From the NCBI GenBank assembly GCA_000320545.1, contig ADNK01002623.1, positions 1 through 64,000 of the forward strand: DNA of 64,000 bases, given 5' to 3'. Shown piece after piece: positions 14,130 to 22,775 of the stretch. The stretch's first letter is position 1. Each line of letters starts with the position of its first letter. The notes below the pieces were generated by a model. It searched no databases. It was not told the DNA's origin and saw only the letters and a list, made by a program, of their open reading frames with translations. Both the position numbers and the translations under genes were made by a program. This DNA is from Bigelowiella natans CCMP2755. Lineage: Eukaryota > Protista > Cercozoa.

Positions 14130-14690
14130 CTAAATGGTAGGTGTCATGCAAGCGCTGTCGTTGCTGTAACGTGCGATGCGGTTGCAAACACCGCACAATT
14201 CAAAATGTCAATGCACGCTCAAACCAACATCGATTTGTGACGACCAACACCTAAGGTTTAGTTTAGCAGTAGTGTGTTCAAATGACGTAGCTAGTAGCTA
14301 GCATGCTTTAGTGCTGTTTCTGCAAACATATAGCTCCATCACACAGCACATGCACATGTGTATTATTATTAGCCCACTTATATTGAATAACGCATGCCAT
14401 CTGACTAGCTATGGCTATGCGCCGTGACATTATTTCCGTTGCATTGTATGCATTGCTAAAAATGCAGCAGATTCAGCATCATGCATTGATTTTGAAAAAT
14501 GCGACGACGAGACACACACGCAGCAGCACACACACGCACACGCACTACTATCAGTTCGTCGCAACCACGTTACGTTGATGCCCAGCGCGCATGCATGCAG
14601 CAGGACAAGAAGCTGGTTCAAATGGATGAACACAACGAGCTAGACGACATATCGCTGTGCCATGAAATGATGCGGTGAGTAGCTTTCAAA
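14130..14690. repeat. TG/CA-rich decayed island between convergent 3' ends
   Basis: TGCA/CATG/CTAG-rich and non-coding; lies between the ALKBH6-like (+) and GILT (-) gene ends. Confidence 0.5.
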
Positions 14691-14764
14691 TGAGATTAAG
14701 GGTTGTTTATAAAGGTTAGTCACATCAAAATAGCACATACATCGTTGGGTTAAAAACTGAATAT

Positions 14765-14829
14765 ATTAAGTTATTCTCAGTCCTGGCGGGGTTTGGATAC
14801 TTTCCCCTACCGAACGTCATGTTTTTAAT
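14765..14829 (-). ncRNA. SECIS element (selenocysteine insertion sequence) in the GILT 3' UTR
   Basis: Minus strand: ATTAAAAAC ATGAC GTTC GGT A GGGG AAA GTATCCAAA CCCC GCC A GGAC TGAG AATAAC TTAAT. It shows the AUGA/GA quartet, an 11-bp helix II with bulges, apical AAA and helix I ATTAA/TTAAT, about 180 nt after the stop codon. Confidence 0.88.
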
Positions 14830-15010
14830 CTTATTCTAGTTTTTCACGCCGCAAGATATGCCATAAAGATGTGGTACTCGTGTCTCGTGTTTGTCAACAT
14901 CCACAGAAATTAAAAGGTATGATGCAATGGCACCTATTCACTCGTGAAAATGATGACACATGAATTCCTATCATAATATGTTTGACATATCTGTCCTCAA
15001 ATTGCACACT

Positions 15011-16584
15011 CTAGGTGCTGCATCCTGAAGGTTTAGTTCCTGAGGAAAGTATTTACAACGATAATTAACGTATGTGTATGTTAATGTATGCTCATTTATG
15101 TTTACGACGACGATGATGACAATGCTTCCATATAAAACATGGATCTATGTTAATTCATGCCTACCAGCACATTACCTTGATAAGAGTCACATACGGTTTC
15201 AAGTAAATCTGAGACATCTTGCATTGCCTTACCATCCACTACAACCCAGGGTGTACCAAGCCGGGAAGCTCCGTAGTGAGCTGTGGCTTTTGCATTTGTT
15301 TTATCATATTCATCGCCCTGAGGCCCTTCGATGCAAGATGCAAACATGACAGGGTTGATGTAGCTCACAGTGTCTCCCAGGCACTTTTCAGCTGCATCCA
15401 TAACAGCAGATGAATTCGACATCCAAGAATCTTGAAAAGAGCCTTCAAAGCAAATCGTATAGTTGATAGAATCGTGCGTGGTGTTAGCGAGGCCATTGAT
15501 ACAGCCTTCAATGCGGTTTGCTAGGCATTCATTCTGCCCATGCTGACACAGAATTGGAGAAACAGCTTTGTTGAAACATTCACTCGGTGGCGAGGCAACA
15601 CCACATTCCTTGATCCAACAGTACATAGATTTATCTTTGTCATAGCCTGCTGCTTGGCCACATGAGGAGGTATTGAAGTAGGCATTTCCCCAGGGGAAAA
15701 ACTCAAAATTCATTATCTCTGCTACTCCGGTGGCTGCGAACGTCTTTGACAGACTTGTAGCCTGTTGTCATTGATTGAGTTTGTAACAGATTGTAGCACT
15801 ACATAGTGGTTTTGGGAGACGAATGTAGCGAGTGAAAATAATAAATACTATCCAAAAACTAAACAGCACATTTCTATAAATTCCTCGACTAACGGCTAAG
15901 GAAGGTAATTCATTTGAATCAAAAAGTCAAATACAAGTCCTAATCAAATAAAGAATAAAACCCTTTCAAAACGGTTGTAACGATATGCTACGACAATGCA
16001 ACTTTGGTATGCAATACTACTGCTAATACCACTGCTAACTACTACTACCAGCTAGCAGCTAGCTAGTAGTAGCAATAGCAGTTGTATTAACAGTAGTATT
16101 GCATAAGCTAGTAGTAGTAGTAGTAATAGTAGTTGTAATAGTAGTAGTATTACCACGAAGTTCTGGCACTCTGGTCAGAAGGCCTCCCTGCAACAGTGAG
16201 TAGAAGGAAATAACAGTCCTAGTCAAGAACGGGTTATTAACATCAAAACGGCTATGCCTCCTCGCCGTATGCTTACCCATAGAATTGGACATTAACCAGA
16301 GGAGCAGTAAGGGATTGGTCTGCTGGATCCGAATACTGCTTTCTTGCTTGAATGGTGCCGGCAGCAGCAGCAGCAGCAGCCACAATCACAAGTTTAGCAG
16401 CAGTACTTGTGTACTGATCGACACAACAAAATTGTTACAACTGTTCGATACGATTTCCGCATGCTGTTCCTTCCCCCCCTTGTTTCTCCTCCTCATTATC
16501 ATTTTCATAACAATGATTCCTCCTTATCTTCCTCCTCTCTCAAGTCATCGTTATGGCATGCATGCACGCATGTACCACCACCAT
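15011..16584 (-). CDS. GILT: Gamma-interferon-inducible lysosomal thiol reductase (GILT/IFI30 family), selenoprotein with UxxC active site
   Basis: Exons: about 16576-16584 (start, tentative), about 16277-16414 (..KLVIVAAAAAAAAG..VNVQFYG), 16154-16187 (EAF-TGA-PECQNFV), 15176-15761 (..FFPWGNAY..CQHGQNECLAN..TPWVVVDG..VCDSY), 15011-15039 (GTKPSGCST*). The GILT CQHGxxEC signature is present and all splice phases agree. Confidence 0.9.
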
Positions 16585-17079
16585 TGATGTTGTGTTGTTG
16601 ATTCCTCATACTCATTGAAGGAAATAATGGCCTGTATTTCTTTGGTGCGACATACAACTGAGTCACTTGTCGTAACATCTTAATGCATGTGGTTTTCTGT
16701 AATGATGAATTACGAATTACGATGCCTCAAAACCTCAACTGGTGCATGCATCTAGGTCCCATCAGCATTTGCTTTCGACATCCGCTGGCTGCACTAGCAC
16801 AGTTTACAATGGACACAACAACATGGCAACATGTGCATCACATTACATGTCTATCGTGTTCGCCTTGTTCTGTTGCTCATTGTTCTGTGGAGGACATGAA
16901 TCATTGGAACGGCACGGTGAACGTGAACCCAAGTTCGTCTGTGCATGGCAACAAACATTGAGGCTGAGCTGGCAGTCGGCCTCACGTGGCTCAGCCATGC
17001 AATTCTTGGTTGATCGCACAACCCCCGACAAACAAGTCAAGTGTGCGTGCACATGCAGACCATGGACACAGCTAGACAG

Positions 17080-17405
17080 TGTAGCGCGTACTACTACGCG
17101 AGCACAAGTCACGTGCGACAACAAAGGGGTTGTCGCGGATATAGAATATAGATAACGTAGATATTAATACAGTATAGGCACGTGGGTTCCGGCGGGACTC
17201 ATGGCAGCACACCGGAAGTGTGCTGCCCCACGTGCGGCGGCATTCGCGAAAGCTTCGCGAATGATTACGCAGTGCACGATTTAATAAAAATATAATCTTT
17301 AATAAAAATGAAGATAACTCTTCAAAAGGAAGCAAACGTGCCTTTCCCCCCCCCTGCCTACTTGTGCACGTAGCGCCTCGGCCTGTGAACACCTTACGCG
17401 CAACA
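17080..17405 (+). repeat. 5' LTR
   Basis: Begins TGTAGCGCGTA and ends TACGCGCAACA (10/11 terminal inverted repeat). Contains two AATAAA. Identical to 22003-22328 by manual comparison. Confidence 0.96.
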
Positions 17406-17410
17406 ACCTT

Positions 17411-17428
17411 TGGCTTCCACACACGGGA
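17411..17428 (+). promoter_or_regulatory. Primer binding site candidate (TGGCTTCCACACACGGGA)
   Basis: Starts with TGG (complement of tRNA CCA) 5 nt after the 5' LTR. The implied tRNA 3' end ..GTGTGGAAG-CCA is Glu/Asp-like, but the tRNA is not determined. Confidence 0.6.
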
Positions 17429-17444
17429 AACGATTTGACTAACA

Positions 17445-18875
17445 ATGTTACAGCAGCTAGAAGAACAGCAGGACTTTGGCTCGCAGGCCGTGCAAGGGCA
17501 CGAGCAGAAACAGGAAAGGAAGGGCGATACGGACGCTAAGGAAGGAGGAGGAACACCTCCACAGGCACCGCCGGGACCAGCACCCGGGATTAAGAAAGCA
17601 GATGCAGCAGCAGAGGCACTGGAGAACTTCTACGAGGCGGACGACGAGGACGTGGCCGCCGAAAGCAAGAAGGTCGTAATGGCATTACGAGCCTTGCGAC
17701 CCAGGGCGAGCAACTACGCCAAACTGAAAGTATCGATAGAATACAAGTATCAGACACATGATGTTTGGGCAGCTATCATGCAGGACATCATGGATTACGA
17801 AGCAGACTTACCTCCAGAGTGGGCAGCTTTGTTTAGGAACGACGGGGGTCTGGGCGCCTCGCGGGGGACGACCCAGAGCACCGTCAAGCAGCAGCAGCCG
17901 GTACAGCGGAACACCCAGTTCATGTCTGTTAAAACAGCACCGGTTATGATAACGAAATACAACGGGAAAAGAGGTGAGGCAAGGAGGTGGTGGAAGAACG
18001 CTAGGAGTATACTCTGCGACTTTACCCCTAACCCCACCGAAAACGACAAGCTCAAATGGCTAGCTATAATAAAGCAAGCCATGGACCTTTACGAGACAGG
18101 CAGGACCCGGATCAGGCAGCTAGAGAAAATACACACTACAGTTAGTGGGCTACGAGACGTTGAGGCGATAATGAAGGCTTTTGTAAATGAACAGGATGCT
18201 AACTCCCTACCCCAGGCTATTAGAAAATACAGAGCAATGATGCAGCATGAGAGAGAACCTGTTAGAGACTTTGCCACGCGCTTCCAGGATATGATCGACG
18301 AACTACATGATTTTAATTACAACACAGGTGATGATCAGGCAAGGTTTGAAGAGTTCAAGTTAAAGATAAAGGAATCCACTTACGTTACGGAGAAAGGCTA
18401 CACCACGATGGAGGCAGCAGTGCAGGCTATATCCCTACGCGAGCAGGAGCAGGACCGCAAGTTTACCAGCCCTAAGGTACCTGGCATAGGAAACATTAAC
18501 GCTATTAAGCCGCAGCGAGACTGGTACAAGGACAGGGAAGGTAACCGACGTTGCGGATACTGCTCACGTAAAGGGAAACACACCGCTAAAGACTGCAGAG
18601 ACAGGAAAGAAGGACGACCCAGGATGACGATCAGGCAGCTCAACGAACACTACGAGAAGTTAAAGAGAAAGAAAGGCAGAGGACAAGGATATAACAACAG
18701 CAAATGGCAAGGCAGCAACAACGGGAAGAACAATAAATATAAGAACAAAAAGCAGAACAGTATCAATGCTATACAGCAGCAGATAAACGGAATATTAGAT
18801 CACCTTAAGCAGGCTCCGACGAAGACAGCAGTACCAGCAACGCAGGACCATCAGCCAGAACATGATACGGCTTGA
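17445..18875 (+). CDS. gag: Gag (capsid-like region plus CCHC zinc knuckle)
   Basis: 476-aa ORF with retrotransposon Gag motif MQHEREPVRDFATRFQ and knuckle CGYCSRKGKHTAKDC. Confidence 0.9.
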   Translation: MLQQLEEQQDFGSQAVQGHEQKQERKGDTDAKEGGGTPPQAPPGPAPGIKKADAAAEALENFYEADDEDVAAESKKVVMALRALRPRASNYAKLKVSIEYKYQTHDVWAAIMQDIMDYEADLPPEWAALFRNDGGLGASRGTTQSTVKQQQPVQRNTQFMSVKTAPVMITKYNGKRGEARRWWKNARSILCDFTPNPTENDKLKWLAIIKQAMDLYETGRTRIRQLEKIHTTVSGLRDVEAIMKAFVNEQDANSLPQAIRKYRAMMQHEREPVRDFATRFQDMIDELHDFNYNTGDDQARFEEFKLKIKESTYVTEKGYTTMEAAVQAISLREQEQDRKFTSPKVPGIGNINAIKPQRDWYKDREGNRRCGYCSRKGKHTAKDCRDRKEGRPRMTIRQLNEHYEKLKRKKGRGQGYNNSKWQGSNNGKNNKYKNKKQNSINAIQQQINGILDHLKQAPTKTAVPATQDHQPEHDTA

Positions 18876-21800
18876 CGAGTGGACCTCTGAGTCAAGCGTT
18901 AATGCGTTAGAGTTTATGGACCTAGCGGACAACAAGCTACCTACACCTACCGAGCTACGGAAGAAGAACCCCGGCAAGACCATCCGACAGATAACGGAGC
19001 TACTGGACAAGACCCCCCCAGCTGATGATTGGGATATCGACAAAGGCAAAAAGTACATTAATAAAATATTAAACGAGAAGTACTCTGACATCACCAAGCC
19101 GACGACGAAGCCCTCCAGCAAGCTTACCCCAGTAAAGATCGAGCTAAAGAAGGGATACGAAGAGTGCATCATCAATGACCCAGAACATAGGCGACCGGAA
19201 GCGGACTGGGAAAAGATAGAGTGGCAGATCAATGAATGGGCAAAGGAAGGGAAGATAGAGCCAAGCAACTCACCATGGAACGTGAGACATGTGCTAGCTA
19301 AGAAACCTACTTACCCTTTCTTCCGCCTGGCGCACAACTTCATCCGCCACAACCGAGTAATAAAGAGGATCCAGACACCTACACCAAAGATAGATGACGT
19401 TATTGAACACGTCATAGGATACAAATACTACTCTTCCCTAGATAAAAATGAATCATACATGCAGACACCCATCCACAAAACCTCCCGCCCCATTACCGCG
19501 TTCTCCAGCAGGCACAGGAAGTGGCACTTCGTCGTATTCCCTTACGGCCTAAGCATATCAGGGGATGCGTTCAGTAGTCAGAACTACAGGGCATACACAC
19601 ATGATGGGATGGCGTCTGTGTTGTGGGTGTTTGTGTTTGTGTATGTGGATGATGACATAATATGTACCAACACAGTCGTCGCTCAGATCTTCCTCCTGGA
19701 AAATATATTTATTAGGTTTGCACACTTCGGTTTTACCATTAGACTGCAGAAGTGTACATTCCTAGCTACAAGAATCAAGTGGTGTGGATATTACCTGGAG
19801 CAAGGCCGCATCACCCCAAACCCCGAGAAAGTAGCAGCACTACAGCAAGCCCCTAAACCTAAGAATGCAAAGGAGTTAAAGTCATTCTTGCAGACTGCAG
19901 CTTGGATACTACGTAGGTTCTCCCCTACCTACGCTAGGACTGCAGCTGCTTTTACTACTGCTTACCGGAAGGAGAACTCTGTAGGCCTCAGCTTCGCTAA
20001 GGTGTGGGCCAAGGCTGGCCTTGATGCCCACTTCGATAACCTAATAAAGTTATGCAGCAACACCCTATTGAATGCTAAGCTAGACACTACTAGACCAGCT
20101 ACCCTATGGACAGACTGGTCTAAGCTAGGTATGGCTGCTGTACTTACCCAAGACCAGCAGATCATACGGGTGTGGGGCAGGGCCTGTACAGCAGCTGAGG
20201 CCAAATACAGCCCTACAAAAGGAGAGTATAAAGCCATGACTGAGGCGCAGAGGAAACTAAGATACTACCTGCTGTCGGTGCCCAGCTTCACCTTAATGAC
20301 TGACCACAAGCCCCTCCTAGGCATCGACCGCAAGCTCGAAGCGCCTAACGATGAGTATGCAGCTATGAGGGCGGACACGGAAGAGTTTAGGGACAAGAGG
20401 ACAGTGGTCTACGCACCAGGAGACAAGCAGCTTGCTGACTATTTCAGCAGGCTGTTCGAAAAGAAAGTCCCTACCCAGGTCACCCCTATGGTTAACGCGA
20501 TTACCTTCGAGGACGGCGACTTCCTGCCTGAGCCAGAGGAGCTCCAGCACCTTCAAGAACACCTGGATAAATACAAACACAAGCATGAGGTACTTAGTGA
20601 TAGGATATATGTATACACTAATAATGTTAGGCGTACCTACGTGCCACGGCGGACCAGGGGAGCCCTTCTCTTTACCGCCCATGGACCTGCACACGTAGGA
20701 GAAAACCATATCACTGCTCTACTCTACCATTACTACTGGCCCTACAAGCTAAAAGAGATAAGGACATACCTGCGTGGCTGCAGGTGCTCCAGCTTGAAGG
20801 CGGCAGGTGTCGCCACCAAGGAGTCCAGCAAGAGCCGTGCATCTAAGAAAATCAAAGCAAGGAACTTCTTAGATATCGTGCAAATTGATGTTTATAAGTA
20901 CGATGGCTATCACTACCTTACCTTCGTTGATGTGGCCACTGGAAAGTGCTGGGTTAAAAAGATTATCAAGGTCAACGTTGCTAAGAAGAACAAAGGCTTA
21001 TATAAGCAGAGGCTTACTAACTGCTACCGTACCTGGGAGTCTGAGCTCCAGGCTATCCCTGATGAAGTTAGCATAAACAAGATACCAAAGAAATTACATG
21101 TGGATAATGAGACCTCTCTTCTACAGCTACCACACCCTAATATTGATGCCTCACCTGTATACTATGCCCAGTCCAACTCCAAGGTAGAGCGACTCCACCG
21201 CACCTTGGCCAACCTAAGCAGGATAAATAGCACCACACCAGACAAGATACAAGGGTTAGTAAACGACACCTTCACGTCTGGGGGAGGTATCAAGGATAAG
21301 GAGAGGGAAGAAGGCGACGACAACGACGACGATACCGAGAGCGAAGACGAGAAGGTCCCGTACGATGGCCGAGTTCTAAAGGAAGGACAGTATGTTAGGG
21401 CCAAGGTAAATCTGAGATCGAGAAATAAACAAGACCCCTTCTGGGGTGGCGTTGCAAAGGTTACCGAGAGGAAGGGGAGGAAGCAGTACTACATCTATGA
21501 TGGGAACAGGGTCACCTTGCGCCACATCAGTCACCTAAAGAATTATGATATCGGTGAGAAGCTCCTAAAGGATGTTAAAGTAAACCCTACTGTGTGGGAG
21601 CGAGCCATGCCTTGTTTAGGACCCCGACCTAAGTTCGATGTGGAATATGGAAACAATAAGGTCAGGGTGAACGACGATTGGCGCATGAAGATTGTCTATC
21701 TAGGCTACCCTGGATTACGAAATATGGAGAGGGTAGCTATGAAAATAAAGGACGGAAAATATCAGCTACTCTACCTAGCTGTTCCCGACTTACCCTTTGA

Positions 21801-21951
21801 GCACTGGTATAAGGTCCTGGGGGACCTTGATGCAGAGGGCTGGTATGGACACGAACCTAAGGACGAAGGTGAGTTCTGGGTAAGCGACAAAGGAGATAAG
21901 GTTAGAGAGGAATCTATTACCTGGTGGTTGGTGAAGTTCCGAAAGCGATAA
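18862..21951 (+). CDS. pol: Pol: reverse transcriptase, RNase H, integrase (GPY/F-like), C-terminal Dam-like MTase-related domain; no protease
   Basis: RT: IEPSNSPW, SLDKNESYMQ, FPYGL, YVDD. RNase H: TDWS..GMAAVLTQ, YSPTKGE, TDHKPL, ADYFSR. IN: HGPAH..YYWP..CRC, QIDV, HVDN, SNSKVER. GPY/F-like: KQDPFWGG..HISHLKNY. Confidence 0.95.
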   Translation: MIRLDEWTSESSVNALEFMDLADNKLPTPTELRKKNPGKTIRQITELLDKTPPADDWDIDKGKKYINKILNEKYSDITKPTTKPSSKLTPVKIELKKGYEECIINDPEHRRPEADWEKIEWQINEWAKEGKIEPSNSPWNVRHVLAKKPTYPFFRLAHNFIRHNRVIKRIQTPTPKIDDVIEHVIGYKYYSSLDKNESYMQTPIHKTSRPITAFSSRHRKWHFVVFPYGLSISGDAFSSQNYRAYTHDGMASVLWVFVFVYVDDDIICTNTVVAQIFLLENIFIRFAHFGFTIRLQKCTFLATRIKWCGYYLEQGRITPNPEKVAALQQAPKPKNAKELKSFLQTAAWILRRFSPTYARTAAAFTTAYRKENSVGLSFAKVWAKAGLDAHFDNLIKLCSNTLLNAKLDTTRPATLWTDWSKLGMAAVLTQDQQIIRVWGRACTAAEAKYSPTKGEYKAMTEAQRKLRYYLLSVPSFTLMTDHKPLLGIDRKLEAPNDEYAAMRADTEEFRDKRTVVYAPGDKQLADYFSRLFEKKVPTQVTPMVNAITFEDGDFLPEPEELQHLQEHLDKYKHKHEVLSDRIYVYTNNVRRTYVPRRTRGALLFTAHGPAHVGENHITALLYHYYWPYKLKEIRTYLRGCRCSSLKAAGVATKESSKSRASKKIKARNFLDIVQIDVYKYDGYHYLTFVDVATGKCWVKKIIKVNVAKKNKGLYKQRLTNCYRTWESELQAIPDEVSINKIPKKLHVDNETSLLQLPHPNIDASPVYYAQSNSKVERLHRTLANLSRINSTTPDKIQGLVNDTFTSGGGIKDKEREEGDDNDDDTESEDEKVPYDGRVLKEGQYVRAKVNLRSRNKQDPFWGGVAKVTERKGRKQYYIYDGNRVTLRHISHLKNYDIGEKLLKDVKVNPTVWERAMPCLGPRPKFDVEYGNNKVRVNDDWRMKIVYLGYPGLRNMERVAMKIKDGKYQLLYLAVPDLPFEHWYKVLGDLDAEGWYGHEPKDEGEFWVSDKGDKVREESITWWLVKFRKR

Positions 21952-21994
21952 AGGTCTAAGGGAATAAGGAAGGAAGGAAGGAGCAACGTGACTT

Positions 21995-22002
21995 GGGGGA
22001 GG
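21995..22002 (+). promoter_or_regulatory. Polypurine tract (GGGGGAGG)
   Basis: Directly abuts the TG of the 3' LTR; preceded by purine-rich GGAATAAGGAAGGAAGGAAGGAG. Confidence 0.85.
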
Positions 22003-22328
22003 TGTAGCGCGTACTACTACGCGAGCACAAGTCACGTGCGACAACAAAGGGGTTGTCGCGGATATAGAATATAGATAACGTAGATATTAATACAGTATAG
22101 GCACGTGGGTTCCGGCGGGACTCATGGCAGCACACCGGAAGTGTGCTGCCCCACGTGCGGCGGCATTCGCGAAAGCTTCGCGAATGATTACGCAGTGCAC
22201 GATTTAATAAAAATATAATCTTTAATAAAAATGAAGATAACTCTTCAAAAGGAAGCAAACGTGCCTTTCCCCCCCCCTGCCTACTTGTGCACGTAGCGCC
22301 TCGGCCTGTGAACACCTTACGCGCAACA
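22003..22328 (+). repeat. 3' LTR
   Basis: Identical to the 5' LTR; followed by TSD ACAG. Confidence 0.96.
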
Positions 22329-22775
22329 ACAGCAACAATGCTGCGTGCGATGTGATGACATGCGCATTGATGAGTCTTCTTTTTCCATCAGCCATGGCGT
22401 GTAGACGCGTCCCATTGGCGTCCTACTAGCCTGATCCAGTGAGCACCATGCACGTACGCGGCACATGCACGTGCTAGGCCAAGCTGGCACGTGCATGCCA
22501 GCTGCCAGCATGCACAATGCAGCAGATGTGTTTGCATTTCCAAACATTGCAAAGTGATCATTCATCTTCAGAAAAGTCTGAAAGTGTGCTTGCTCAATGG
22601 TGCTGGATCATGCACTTCCTGCATCAGATTCACAATCACATTGAACGCCACGAATTTCCGAGATGGGATGTTCTTCTTCCATTCGGCATCATGCGATGTT
22701 GATCGTATTTGCACGAGGAAAATGTGATGAGTATTGAACTTGCTAGCATGAAACACACAGACCACCACATCGTCG

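Larger units (their letters stand above)
17080..22328 (+). mobile_element. Full-length Ty3/gypsy-type (Metaviridae-like) LTR retrotransposon, recent insertion
   Basis: Identical 326-bp LTRs with TG..CA ends, 4-bp TSD ACAG (17076-17079 and 22329-22332), PBS, PPT, gag and pol ORFs, domain order RT-RNaseH-IN. Confidence 0.97.

Noticed and set aside
1853-16584. MRH receptor and GILT as a lysosomal gene cluster
   Set aside because: Only two genes, separated by an unrelated one; chance proximity is sufficient.
17072-17422. Antisense ORFs over the LTRs (also 21956..22315) and antisense ORFs inside gag/pol
   Set aside because: Shadow frames of the repeat or coding sequence; no recognisable domains, including no protease motif.
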